In this document: positions 48,539 through 59,367 of the stretch, one piece after another | Position numbering within the stretch: position 1 is the stretch's first letter | Layout of the letters: each line of letters begins with the position of its first letter | DNA from: a virus | Taxonomy: Duplodnaviria; Caudoviricetes | IMG/VR virus record: IMGVR_UViG_3300030330_004210 | Coordinates: 32,001-96,000 of that record | Length of the DNA stretch: 64,000 bases | Direction: 5' to 3' (one strand) | Translations under genes and position numbers: made by a program | Notes under the pieces: model-generated | Seen by the model: the letters and a program-made list of their open reading frames with translations, nothing else | What the model was told of the DNA's origin: nothing | Databases searched by the model: none

Positions 48539-51500
48539 CTAGTCGGAGTCACCACTTTCAAAAGATGCTGCTTGCTCTGCTGTCATCTCCGGTAGATAAC
48601 CCTCATTCGGAACTTCTGGCGGGTCTTCGAATGCTATCTCGCTTTCAAGATTTGCGAACTCAACAAGTGAGAAGAAGTCATACGGCCAGTTATATGAATA
48701 TTTAACATCCTCAAGCGAAGCTGGCTCGCCACCCATAGAGAATTCAAAACCAACACTAGGATCGGTGCCTACACTAACAAGCCTCTTGCTATAGTAATCG
48801 ATGTTTGCTTTTTGCTTCACCTTGAATACCATCCATTGTAGCTCTTCCTGTACTGCGCGACCAGTTTCTGCACCTACATTGCCCATAAGCTCGTTTACAA
48901 GCAGAGGGTGGCTTATCGTGCTTTCAGAAAACTCTATCTTTGTGCCAGCTTTTGGAGGTAAGTTTTGCCAAATGTAAGACAAGTCCTCTTTATCAAAAGT
49001 GTGACTAAACTCAAAGAAATACATTGCAACGGGGTCTACAGAATCTGGAAAATCCAAGAAGTTAAACGGAGGAGGAATAACATATTTCTTCATCATTTCT
49101 ATCTGTGTAGCGATAGAATCTCCATAATCTAATATAGGATTACCAAAAACAGGGTCTGGAAGAAGAGCCCTATCAATTGTGGCTCGTTCTATTTGCAAGA
49201 AGCTTCTCTCTCCACCCTCTACAACAAATGGTATAGCAACAATTGCTTCACTTACTGTGTGTCCTTCTTTAACGTTACCAAGCCTTGTCTTCGTGCTTGA
49301 GAACTTTAACTTATCAATAAGACTCTCATACCCGCCTTGTGCAGCAACTTCTGTTTTATAATAATTGTCAGCAACATCGCCAGTAGAGATTCCAACCCTA
49401 TTTTTTGACCACTGCAAAGGTATGTCAGTTAACTCCATAAAAATACCTTCGTCTGGGGAAGCTGGCGGCAGACCGAACTGGTGCCACATACCTCTGGGTA
49501 CCGTTTCTTTGCCGTTTGTTGGAATTGTTAGATTTCCATCTGCCTCCGTGATTGGTCTAAGGGCACCAGATGTGGGCGTAAAGTTGAACATTGGGGTTTC
49601 AAATTTTGGCTCGATAACCCAAACAGGCTCATTTGACGCAGGGTCATCACTAATTAAAACCGGTCTCTTTGATACAGGATCGTATTCTATTGAATTGACC
49701 TGTGCTTGACCGAGAATATTTAAGGATGCTGTAAGTTGCATAGCATACTGCTTCACAGCCCCTCTATCATAGGGCTTTGTCAAATCATTATTGGCTGAGG
49801 GGGCTGCATAAGTCCACTGGGTGTTATCTATTCTCCAATGGCTAATTTTTGCTTTTTCTTGAATATCGGCAAGTGTATGCGTCTCAAGCTCAGCTTTGAA
49901 TATAATATCACACCAACCCTCGCCATCATAATAAGGTGGCGTGTAAGCAGGATTATACCCCTCCAGAGGATCTGCTTTTTTGGATCCAATATTAACTGGA
50001 GATGCTGTATCAAATCTTCTACCAGCCAATGGCGGTCCAAACGCTGATGGGCGGCTATACATGGTGAATGTTTCTCTTAGTCCATCGCTTTGCTCCGCAG
50101 GCAAAACCTGTGGGAATGGGTAATTTCTTCTACTATTAGAGGTTGACGAATCGTTATATGTTCTTGGCTGATTAAAGCTCTTACGCAGTTTGATTCTCAT
50201 GGCATATACTTTACCGGGCTCAAAGCTTCCAAATTCACCTTCTTTAGCAGAGATAAAAGAAGACATCTGACCATTTGGCATAAACATGTTAATAGATTCT
50301 GCAAAGAAGTTGCTAGCCATCATGGAATAAAGTGGGTCTCCCTGACCACTCCAAGAGGCAGTAAGGTTCATTGACGCACTGGGGTGGGGCTCCATGTCTA
50401 CAAATGTTTCGTTAGCTATATATTCAAGAGGACTAACAATAGCCTCAAAGGGGACTCGCTTATCAAACCCTACGGCATTCTCTGATGCCCCTCTGCCTTT
50501 GTTATCAACCGAAGTGGGGCGTCCGACAAAGAAAAGCTCTCCAGCACTAGCTTGGCTTCCACTATTGTTGACCACCTCATAAGAGCCGGTGTACATTCCA
50601 AAATCAACAGCTATACCAGATTTAATTGTATTGTACATGATTCCGGGTGCAAACAAGGGCTGCAAAATTGGTCTAATAGCGGCTTTTGGATAGCTTGATG
50701 CCTCAGAGGCGAAGCCATCGATCCCTCCATCGACATCTATGTATTGACCAAATGATTTAGAAAACTGTGTGGCTATATCTATAGTTCTCTGTGCAGGGTA
50801 GAATCCATCGTAAGGGAGAAACTTTTTAATTGCTTTGCACTTAAGGGTAATTTTTGCTGGCTTTTTGAAATCTGTGTGGTCGTCATAAATTGCCTCAAAA
50901 TGCTTCATGAAATCAGAGTTAGAGAACGTGCTGTAGAATCCTTCTTCTGCGCTTGAAGATGGGAGGCTCCCAGAAGCACCATATATCTCAAACAGTTGGT
51001 CGTTCTCAACTAACGGATCCTGTGTGATTCCATACAACTCCATGTGCTTGCTTATTCTAAACTCGGGTATTATAGAATAATTTTGGTTCTGCAAAATAGC
51101 TTCGCTCATATTCTTTTCATAATCGGGCTCAATTGGGTATCTTATATCTGATTCAAAAGACTTGACAAAAGCCTTAATTTCATTTCCGTTTTCGTCTTTA
51201 ACAGTCTTCTGTTCAGTTTTGATGCGACCAGCGAGATCGGCAGCTTGCCACAGTGCTGTTCCACCGAAAATTGCTATATCGCCCTGTCTTCTAGAGGCAT
51301 CAACCGTGTTTGCAACGCCTCCTGTCTGTGGATTGTCAAGCAAGACAGGAACAGTTGAAGCTGTGGAGAAAAGCATATGCTTTCTTGCATACAATACCGA
51401 TGCAGTGATAAAGGCTTTTGATCCATTGTGAACTTGTAGGTAGTCGTTTTGTAATTCGCCTGCTGCGCTGTCATCGGCGGTTGAGGCTACCTTGATTGTG

Positions 51501-54500
51501 CCTGCTTCAAAAACTTGAGATGCATCCATAGCCCACGCACTTTGAGTTAATTGGTTAAATAATCCGGGGTATGGGGCTCCCATACTACTGCTCTTTTCGG
51601 AGCCCAGCGTGGTTCTTGCAGATCGCGTCGTATCCCAGAACTTAACTTTAAAGTTTTCTCTTTCCCTAACCTTCTCCAAGCTTGCGTTATATGCGGCAGG
51701 ATAGACGCACTGCTTGTACCGGAGCGAGAAGAAGTTTTTAACTGGCGTCGTGTCTGATCCAAGCGCACCATCCAAATAAGTTTTCTTGAGAGTGTCGTAA
51801 GAGGTGTGAATCTTTCGGTCGTCAATGGTCCCAATCGTCAAATCATCTAGACCTCTATTGGAGAACCTTGCTAACTGATTAGCATAGGTGGCATCAAGCA
51901 CCAGCGTTCGCTCTGCGGAGCCATCTTCAACACCCAAGACAAAACGCAATGGCTTTGAGGAGTAATCAACAGAGGGCTCTTCAAAACTTTGTAGGTCTGC
52001 AAATCTATCTTTCACTCGACCGACACCAAGAATTAGCCTTGCACTACCCGGAGTTGGGTTGATTGTTATGGTGTTATTCTTTCGGTAGTATCGAACAAGT
52101 TTGTTTTCGGCTGTTCTTGTCTGCTTCCAAGAGGGGTAACCATAATAGCCGTTACGGTAGATGTTTAGGTCATGGAAGACAGATGCGGTGACAGCGCGGG
52201 TATTCAATACGTTTTGTATAAAAGATTCAGTATTAGCCGCATTGTTAGGCATTGTATCTATGTCTCCATAATTGACATAGAACCCAACCGGGGTTGTCGT
52301 TTTGTATCCCAAGGTTGCTTCGGATGCTGAAAGAGGCTCAACAATGTTTGCGTTTAAGTGTGTTACTTGATGAAAAGACGTAGCAAAGCCGCCTCCAAAT
52401 AGATAATCTGCACCGTATCTTCGGATGCCGGAACCATGCAGGTAGCTAACAACATCAGAAGATGAAACAAAGTCAATTGATGAATGGATGCCAGAAGAGT
52501 TAGAATATATGCCCTCTGGGTGTCCATGACCATACGCTAAGCTTTGAACAAGAGATGCCGTTATCCAAGCATAGCTTGTTTCCATTCTTGGAATTTCGTG
52601 ATTAACAAACCCATTATCAAAATTGCTTGCCGTATAAATATCTGCCGTATCCCACACCCTTGTTGGACCTGTTGAGCCAGTTAGCTCTGGTCGCAAAAGT
52701 GTATTTCTATTAACCTTATGGTAGCTTCCCGTTAGCGACGGTGCCATAAGGGGGTCTACGGCTGTCATGGTGGAGCCACTGTAAAGACCAAACTGCCTTG
52801 CGTGGTTTACAAGGAGCGTTCTGTTCAGTGGCGTTCTGACCGTTGTGTTACGGAAGGGCAGAGCATTGTATGGCGAGAACTCGGCAGATTCAAAGTCAAG
52901 ACCGAAGCCGCCATTTGCATCGCCTGCGGTGTCAGGACCACCGGGTGCAGAGAATCTTTGCACAAACACATGCTCATGCTTGCCTCGCTGGGGTCTAGTG
53001 GTGCCAACGACTTGGCGTACAAAAGGCATAGAAGTTGGGCTAACCGTCGCCTTGCTAAACCCACCCTGCTCTGTAAGAGCAGCGTTGTTGATGCTTCGCC
53101 CAGATGTTTGAACAATATCATAGAAGTTCTCGAAGTTTCCGATGTTGGACCTTAGTGTACCAGAGATGAACTCTGTTGGGGTGGGTCCGATTGGTGTTCC
53201 TGTGCCAGCAGGCAGTGTGGTCTTGTAAGCGCCAATATCACTTGCTGTCATCTGAATGTTTCGGATGTTTACAGGTCTCTTGGCTGCTTCGTCGCGTGTA
53301 TAGACAGCGGCGGCAGGCAGGCTCCCATCAGAGGACTTTGGTGCCGTGAGGCTTAAGGAGTTATCAGTATTCACCAAGAGCTTAAACCCTTCGGCACGTT
53401 TTGCGCCACTGCTAGATCCTGTTGTGGCTGGGTCATGGACAAGATCTTGGTGTCTCCACTGATTTCCGCCAACATACTTCTCGGTAAATGGTCCCTGCAT
53501 TGGAACTTCCATATCGTTGCCGATAATATCGTGATGCATGTTGGAAATACCACCCGAAACAACGTCGGTCAATTTCCTGCCACTGTTTACAGAAGTGTTT
53601 TGATACCCTGTTTGCACCGAAGAACTATAGACGCTAAAGGGGGAATAAATGTCTCCCACTCCTATATCCTCATAGGGACCGCCTAATACGATAGAGCTAT
53701 TATCAGTTGCAAATGCATAACTGACTTTTTTCTTGTTTATCTCTGGCGGGATAATAGCGTCATCACAATCTTTACCATAATCTGGAGAGCCGGGTCCAAT
53801 GACCATAAACTCGTTTTTTGGATGGACAGCCAATGTCCTTATCTGAGGAGTTATAAATCCATAACGCTTGCGTTGTGAATAATCTGGTCCGCCGTGATAG
53901 AGCGGGCTCTCGTCAGGGATAAGGTTATAAATCTCATCAAACCTTCTGAGGGCATATGTTGAGCCTTGGTATGTGTTGGTTGGCAGGGTTCGTGTTGAGT
54001 TTGCAAGTGTTGGACCGGGAGAGCCTGTTCTGTAGGTCTCTATGATCTCTCGCTGTGATTCCCTATCTGTGTTGACGCTTGCTACTGAAGAAGAGATTAA
54101 TGAAGTTGTTCTCTCGGCGCGCTCCTTCCACCACATACAATTTTCTGCTTCGTCATCAAGACCAAGTGGGGCGTGACCGTGCTCCCAATCATACTTAAGC
54201 TCTGTGATTCCTCGGACAGCAGCCTCTGGGTCTGTGACCTTCATTTCAAGTGTCGGGAACTTACTCCAGTATTTGTTTCTCTCAAGAACATGGCTCTCGA
54301 CCATCGTCCTAACACCATCAGAGAAGTCAGCCGTGGCAGGCACAAGCTGCTGAAGCATCACGGAAAGCGAGTTGTCAATCCACTTGTAGTAATCGACATA
54401 CTTGTCGAGATCAGGAGTGTTGCCTATCTTTTCAAAGAAAAGCTCTCTAAGCTTTCCAAGCTCTTTGTAATCTTGACGGTATCGATTTTTCGGGTCACCA

Positions 54501-57500
54501 ATAAGCTCGTTGAACGCAACAACAGAGCCAAAGAAGTTCATAATTTCTTGGGTGATTGTTGCATACATGCTCTTCTCAAAAGAGAAGTAGTAATTTACAG
54601 GTCGGCTATCTCTTGTGAACTGCTGCTCATCTTGTAGTGTTAGAATGTTTACCGTATCCTGTGCGCTAATACTCTCTGGGGCGTTCTGGCGCTCAGCACT
54701 AACATACATTCTATCCACAACACCAGTTGTGGAAGTTCTCATGCTATAGGCACGACCCGGATATTGGTAGGCTACTGTCTTGGAGAATTGTGGATTATTT
54801 TCATTATCGTGATATCTTCCGAAATTATCTATAGATCCCGATGAGCTATCGAGAACCAAAAACTCTCCACTCGAATCAGAGCCAGTAACGTTTTCAAAAT
54901 TCCAGTTGAAGGCGAGGGTTGCAAACTTAGGCACGATTGTGCCAGTCAGAGCAGACTGCAACAAGTACGCGCTTTCATATGGTCTTAACGACCCAAAGTT
55001 TTTTGGATCCCTTGCGTGAGCCCGAATAGCCGCATCTTCAACATAACTTTCCCAGTGCCGAAGCGAGGAAGCCTTAACGTCAGACCTTTCCACAATCGAG
55101 CCAGTCCAATTTGTGCGCTGGGCTCCCATGTAGTATCTTCTATCTGAAGTTAGATATTGTGTATTAGATATTGCAGAAGAAGTCAGATAAAGCTCGTGCT
55201 TTAAGACACCGCCCTCATAGTTTACGCCATACAACTCAAGAATTGTATATGTGTCATCGATATCAAAATCTGTAGCACTACCAGCATCAGACCCTGATAC
55301 TACATCCGACATTGGTCTCTTAGCATTCTTTGTTCTTACTGCAAAATTCCACTTCTCGTTATCGTAAAGATTTGGATACACACTCGATGTAAGGTAAAAA
55401 TCAGGCGTAGAATTCCTATGTGACTTAAATACAAAATATGCATCTGGAGAGTCTGCTTCTAATCTTACGGCATACAAGCCCCAAGCTGCATCATTTGCTA
55501 CTGCCGCCTGAACATAACAGTCATCATCGGCTTGAGTCTTAAGGACGTGTGTTCCTGCGATAGAAGCGGATAAGAAATCAGACTCATAATAAACTACAGA
55601 GGCTCTATCAGTTGCCTTCTTGGGAAACACAACTTCTACTTCAGCAGTAGTTGATAAATACTCATTAACCGTGCCAGACACAAAAGTAACATTACTTGCA
55701 TTTACGTTTGAACTTTGTGACTGTTGTGTAACAACGCCCGCGAAACTATCAGGATAGTTAAAGTCTACATATTTTTTGCGAACAACTGCTGGGTCGTAGT
55801 TATCTCTGATTTTGTATTCGGTATTATTTGCATACAGGTTAAGGGCGACAACATTGTCATCAACGCCGTAGCATCGAATTAAGTTTCTAAACGACTTTAA
55901 GCTTCCCTTGGATTTGTAGATATAAACTAGGTTATTGTAAATATTCTTATAAATTCTATCCTTAATACCACCTATTTCAAGCTCGAAGTTTCGAACTTCA
56001 TCCCTGCTCATAATTTGAGATAGGATCTCTGCGTCTGCAAAAATCTCTGGTGCCTGCATGCCGTAATTGGCAACAAGCCTATTTGCTACTGGGAGTGGTT
56101 TGTTTGAACCAGAAACATAGTCATTATCTTTCAGATTTGGAAGCTCCTCCATCTGCAAATGGAGCGAATCCATGTAGCTCGTCATTATCTGCACCAACTG
56201 CTTTAACGTGCCGGGATCCTCATCCTGCATCCAGCCGGGTACCCTATTGTATAGGGTTGAGTTGCTTGTATAATCATAGACACTTCCAGACTCCACCAAT
56301 GTTGTCTTTGCATCAGTGACAAGAGTGTTATCAATTCTAATAATCGGATCTTCAAATTCAGATACTGCTGCCGATGCTGATACTATGGCAGACCCGGTGT
56401 TTCTAGCTGTTGAGCCGGGATAACCTGTCCAGACGCCATTTGATATACGACCGCTATAATCAAGAACAATTGAGTCCGTGGAGCTTGTTCCTGTAATGCC
56501 CTCATTAAACTTGTAATACACACCCAGTTCTGTGTTGGCTATGTCTGTATTTGCACCGCCTCGGACCTGTGTAAAGTAGTTAAGTCCGATCTCCTCTCCG
56601 TTTCTGGCTGTCTTCCAATATCTAAATTCATCCAAAGAAGCTTCTAGACCGCCATATCCCTTATATGTCGTGCTAGGATATACATGTGCTTGGAAAGCGT
56701 TACCAGATGGAGTCGTCTGGAGAGCGCCCAAGTGGGCTACAAGCGAGCCTGTAACTTCGTTAAAGTTTCCTATATCTCCAGAACTAACCTCTTCTATGAA
56801 TGATCCACTACGATATAGTCTTGCCTTAAGGGTGTTGTCGGCTGAACTGGACTGGAAAGTGAAAGCAAAGTGCTCCCAGTTGCCCTCTATGGATGAGGTG
56901 GTAAGCGAAGCCCCTAGCCTAGCATCCCAAACTGTTGAGCCAGACGCGAGATGTATTCCGAACGGCTGGGCTCCTGAATCTCCATGTCCACTAGCGCTCA
57001 AAAATAACAGCAGACGACCGTATTGTGAGCGATCACTAGTTGTTCCTCCGCTTGTGCTACCAGTGATCTCTCCGTTCCAAAGATCAAAGATAGCAGTCTT
57101 GTTTATGTTATCTGTGTTACTTGTCTGCCACGAATCTTTTTTCAGCCAAAATTCAACCGTGACACCATCTTCAAGATTGTAACGAAGGTTAGAGAGTCTA
57201 CTGCCTTTCCTATCTCCCGCCACCTCTCTAGTTGTGTCATATATGTTTGTATCATAGTAGTTTGCACCTGTAAACTGCGTAGCCATTGAGCCAGATGCCA
57301 TCCCGCCAGACGCAGTGTGCGGACCACCCTTGATGGTAATGTATTCTTTTGCGGCGGTTGGAACCGCCTTCCACCCGCTGATACCAGCAGTAGGCGTATA
57401 TCCTCCTGCATGAATCGTAGCAAATCCTGTAGTTCTTGGATATTCATTTTCTAGGATGTACAGGTCAAGGTATGAAGAGCTATTGAGATATTCGGTTATC

Positions 57501-57754
57501 TCTGCTTCAGAGCCATCATATGGATAGTCGGCTAAAACTCTGTCAAATGCATCTTCATAATATTTTTCGGCTGATCCGAAGCGAACAAAGTTGTTTGGAT
57601 CGCTATAATCAAGCTGCGGAATAAAGCGGTGTCGCTCTTCTTTCTGGGCGGCGATATTTCTAGAAGACTCTACCTTCTTTGAAGCCTCGCGAACATCAGA
57701 AGTTTTGAGAATCTTATATGGCTTTCCTTTGTCGAATAAGTCTCTGCTTCCCAT
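48539..57754 (-). CDS. Giant baseplate wedge / receptor-binding protein (gp7/gpI-like core with LamG domains)
   Basis: 3071 aa; LamG-type TVEFW, WEHFAFT, LDEFRYW, YYKFNEG; wedge motif IYKSKGSLKSFRNL; located downstream of gp6. Confidence 0.65.
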   Translation of the reverse strand: MGSRDLFDKGKPYKILKTSDVREASKKVESSRNIAAQKEERHRFIPQLDYSDPNNFVRFGSAEKYYEDAFDRVLADYPYDGSEAEITEYLNSSSYLDLYILENEYPRTTGFATIHAGGYTPTAGISGWKAVPTAAKEYITIKGGPHTASGGMASGSMATQFTGANYYDTNIYDTTREVAGDRKGSRLSNLRYNLEDGVTVEFWLKKDSWQTSNTDNINKTAIFDLWNGEITGSTSGGTTSDRSQYGRLLLFLSASGHGDSGAQPFGIHLASGSTVWDARLGASLTTSSIEGNWEHFAFTFQSSSADNTLKARLYRSGSFIEEVSSGDIGNFNEVTGSLVAHLGALQTTPSGNAFQAHVYPSTTYKGYGGLEASLDEFRYWKTARNGEEIGLNYFTQVRGGANTDIANTELGVYYKFNEGITGTSSTDSIVLDYSGRISNGVWTGYPGSTARNTGSAIVSASAAVSEFEDPIIRIDNTLVTDAKTTLVESGSVYDYTSNSTLYNRVPGWMQDEDPGTLKQLVQIMTSYMDSLHLQMEELPNLKDNDYVSGSNKPLPVANRLVANYGMQAPEIFADAEILSQIMSRDEVRNFELEIGGIKDRIYKNIYNNLVYIYKSKGSLKSFRNLIRCYGVDDNVVALNLYANNTEYKIRDNYDPAVVRKKYVDFNYPDSFAGVVTQQSQSSNVNASNVTFVSGTVNEYLSTTAEVEVVFPKKATDRASVVYYESDFLSASIAGTHVLKTQADDDCYVQAAVANDAAWGLYAVRLEADSPDAYFVFKSHRNSTPDFYLTSSVYPNLYDNEKWNFAVRTKNAKRPMSDVVSGSDAGSATDFDIDDTYTILELYGVNYEGGVLKHELYLTSSAISNTQYLTSDRRYYMGAQRTNWTGSIVERSDVKASSLRHWESYVEDAAIRAHARDPKNFGSLRPYESAYLLQSALTGTIVPKFATLAFNWNFENVTGSDSSGEFLVLDSSSGSIDNFGRYHDNENNPQFSKTVAYQYPGRAYSMRTSTTGVVDRMYVSAERQNAPESISAQDTVNILTLQDEQQFTRDSRPVNYYFSFEKSMYATITQEIMNFFGSVVAFNELIGDPKNRYRQDYKELGKLRELFFEKIGNTPDLDKYVDYYKWIDNSLSVMLQQLVPATADFSDGVRTMVESHVLERNKYWSKFPTLEMKVTDPEAAVRGITELKYDWEHGHAPLGLDDEAENCMWWKERAERTTSLISSSVASVNTDRESQREIIETYRTGSPGPTLANSTRTLPTNTYQGSTYALRRFDEIYNLIPDESPLYHGGPDYSQRKRYGFITPQIRTLAVHPKNEFMVIGPGSPDYGKDCDDAIIPPEINKKKVSYAFATDNSSIVLGGPYEDIGVGDIYSPFSVYSSSVQTGYQNTSVNSGRKLTDVVSGGISNMHHDIIGNDMEVPMQGPFTEKYVGGNQWRHQDLVHDPATTGSSSGAKRAEGFKLLVNTDNSLSLTAPKSSDGSLPAAAVYTRDEAAKRPVNIRNIQMTASDIGAYKTTLPAGTGTPIGPTPTEFISGTLRSNIGNFENFYDIVQTSGRSINNAALTEQGGFSKATVSPTSMPFVRQVVGTTRPQRGKHEHVFVQRFSAPGGPDTAGDANGGFGLDFESAEFSPYNALPFRNTTVRTPLNRTLLVNHARQFGLYSGSTMTAVDPLMAPSLTGSYHKVNRNTLLRPELTGSTGPTRVWDTADIYTASNFDNGFVNHEIPRMETSYAWITASLVQSLAYGHGHPEGIYSNSSGIHSSIDFVSSSDVVSYLHGSGIRRYGADYLFGGGFATSFHQVTHLNANIVEPLSASEATLGYKTTTPVGFYVNYGDIDTMPNNAANTESFIQNVLNTRAVTASVFHDLNIYRNGYYGYPSWKQTRTAENKLVRYYRKNNTITINPTPGSARLILGVGRVKDRFADLQSFEEPSVDYSSKPLRFVLGVEDGSAERTLVLDATYANQLARFSNRGLDDLTIGTIDDRKIHTSYDTLKKTYLDGALGSDTTPVKNFFSLRYKQCVYPAAYNASLEKVRERENFKVKFWDTTRSARTTLGSEKSSSMGAPYPGLFNQLTQSAWAMDASQVFEAGTIKVASTADDSAAGELQNDYLQVHNGSKAFITASVLYARKHMLFSTASTVPVLLDNPQTGGVANTVDASRRQGDIAIFGGTALWQAADLAGRIKTEQKTVKDENGNEIKAFVKSFESDIRYPIEPDYEKNMSEAILQNQNYSIIPEFRISKHMELYGITQDPLVENDQLFEIYGASGSLPSSSAEEGFYSTFSNSDFMKHFEAIYDDHTDFKKPAKITLKCKAIKKFLPYDGFYPAQRTIDIATQFSKSFGQYIDVDGGIDGFASEASSYPKAAIRPILQPLFAPGIMYNTIKSGIAVDFGMYTGSYEVVNNSGSQASAGELFFVGRPTSVDNKGRGASENAVGFDKRVPFEAIVSPLEYIANETFVDMEPHPSASMNLTASWSGQGDPLYSMMASNFFAESINMFMPNGQMSSFISAKEGEFGSFEPGKVYAMRIKLRKSFNQPRTYNDSSTSNSRRNYPFPQVLPAEQSDGLRETFTMYSRPSAFGPPLAGRRFDTASPVNIGSKKADPLEGYNPAYTPPYYDGEGWCDIIFKAELETHTLADIQEKAKISHWRIDNTQWTYAAPSANNDLTKPYDRGAVKQYAMQLTASLNILGQAQVNSIEYDPVSKRPVLISDDPASNEPVWVIEPKFETPMFNFTPTSGALRPITEADGNLTIPTNGKETVPRGMWHQFGLPPASPDEGIFMELTDIPLQWSKNRVGISTGDVADNYYKTEVAAQGGYESLIDKLKFSSTKTRLGNVKEGHTVSEAIVAIPFVVEGGERSFLQIERATIDRALLPDPVFGNPILDYGDSIATQIEMMKKYVIPPPFNFLDFPDSVDPVAMYFFEFSHTFDKEDLSYIWQNLPPKAGTKIEFSESTISHPLLVNELMGNVGAETGRAVQEELQWMVFKVKQKANIDYYSKRLVSVGTDPSVGFEFSMGGEPASLEDVKYSYNWPYDFFSLVEFANLESEIAFEDPPEVPNEGYLPEMTAEQAASFESGDSD

Positions 57755-57762
57755 CTTCTTAC

Positions 57763-59367
57763 CTATGTTTGCTGATCTTGGACGCGGAATTTAAACACAT
57801 CTGACTGCTCTACCCAAGATCCGATAGCGCCATTGTAAAATGTAAATTTCATTCCATAAGAGTAGTCAGACTCTAACAAGCTCATGTCAAGATCAAAATA
57901 ATTTCCACTCACATCAAACGAAAGTTGGGTTGCTGCATCGCTTCCCGTGTTATAAGGGATGACCTCCAAATCGTCAACCACTCTGTACACCATGTAAGAT
58001 GCGCTTTCTATAATCTCGTTCTCTACATCTGCCGTTGCTCTAGTATAAATAGTCGGGTTCCACTCTTTTTGGCGTGCATATAATCTAAAACGCGCGGTCT
58101 CTTTTCTGGTATATATCGGTCTTAAGTTGGTAACTGCTAAGGCGTACTGCGTGCTTGGATTTATGTCTGACGAATCTAAGGAATACGGCGTGATTGAGCC
58201 GGTGTGGAACCTCTTTCTATAATGGTTACCATCATCTATGGTCCCACTAGACCAAACATCATACAGTGTCTCAATTGGTGTTGCAGCCGAGGTGATTGCA
58301 ACAGAGCAAGTGTAAATTCCTGTCGCGAAGTGACCGCCCGTTGCGAATGTTTCTGCCGTTACAGAAACACCGCCGCCGATGCTCAACTCTAAGCGAGAAC
58401 CAGAGGGCGCTGTATCATCTACGTTTCCAGAAAAGAAGCTCACCATAATAGAGCCTGTGCTTCCAACCTCGGGGATGTCCCTCAATTGACCCCTTACATA
58501 ATTATAAAGGAAAAGGGTATTGAGGTTATCTTCGCCCGGAGCTAACGAACTACTGTAATAGAAGTTGCCGCGATCATCTTTGTCTGCCGAGTCCCATCGT
58601 GCTTCGATAACGGGTCTTTTAAAGAAAAATTCTGAGCTTCTGCTAAAAAACTTTTTAGTATAAAATGAATCGAGAGCACCTGAAGGATTGGGCACTGCAA
58701 AAGTGGCGGTGTCTTCGTTGAAAGCCTCTTGGGTTCCAGTTAATTTTAGGATTAAACCATAATTTGTCAAAGATCCTAAGACGTTTCCATTGTCATTCGC
58801 CCACATCTCAACAAGCGGTGTTATGTCTGCTTCAAGATCTTCTGTGCCTTCTTCAAAGTATATTTTATACATATTTTTGCCAAGGACGCCACCATCATTA
58901 TCCTCTACAAAATCACCGCCTTTATGCTGCCAAGAGCCTGTGAGCCCCCCTCCTAACCAAGTCGAGCCAGCCTTACCATGAGTTAAGTCTGTGTACTGCT
59001 CCATGTCTAAGCCTGTGCCTTCTTCCCAGCTTCTGGTCAGGGCATGAGCCATCAAATACATCTGTTTTGGAACCGTTTGAGAGTGTGGAGCATTGAACAT
59101 CTTGAGATAAAAGCTTACGCTTCCGCTTAATGGTATCACACTTGCACTACGATCAGTCTGAATATCGCTGACGGGGAAATTTATAATTGCTCGACTTAAT
59201 TCGCTAGACAAGCCAGCGGTTGAACCAGATGCCTGCCCTCTAATAGAAAATACTTCTAAAACATCGGCTGCACCCATATTGGCACCTGTTCCTCTGGTGC
59301 TCAAGTCGGCTTTAAATGCATTGGTTATGGTATTGTCAGCATCAGCATTATATCTCTTGATAGCCAT
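57763..59367 (-). CDS. Baseplate-associated structural protein, DNRLRE-like N-terminal domain
   Basis: SRAIINF, LTRSWEEGTG, NYGLILK, FFSR...RPVIEARWD. Confidence 0.55.
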   Translation of the reverse strand: MAIKRYNADADNTITNAFKADLSTRGTGANMGAADVLEVFSIRGQASGSTAGLSSELSRAIINFPVSDIQTDRSASVIPLSGSVSFYLKMFNAPHSQTVPKQMYLMAHALTRSWEEGTGLDMEQYTDLTHGKAGSTWLGGGLTGSWQHKGGDFVEDNDGGVLGKNMYKIYFEEGTEDLEADITPLVEMWANDNGNVLGSLTNYGLILKLTGTQEAFNEDTATFAVPNPSGALDSFYTKKFFSRSSEFFFKRPVIEARWDSADKDDRGNFYYSSSLAPGEDNLNTLFLYNYVRGQLRDIPEVGSTGSIMVSFFSGNVDDTAPSGSRLELSIGGGVSVTAETFATGGHFATGIYTCSVAITSAATPIETLYDVWSSGTIDDGNHYRKRFHTGSITPYSLDSSDINPSTQYALAVTNLRPIYTRKETARFRLYARQKEWNPTIYTRATADVENEIIESASYMVYRVVDDLEVIPYNTGSDAATQLSFDVSGNYFDLDMSLLESDYSYGMKFTFYNGAIGSWVEQSDVFKFRVQDQQT

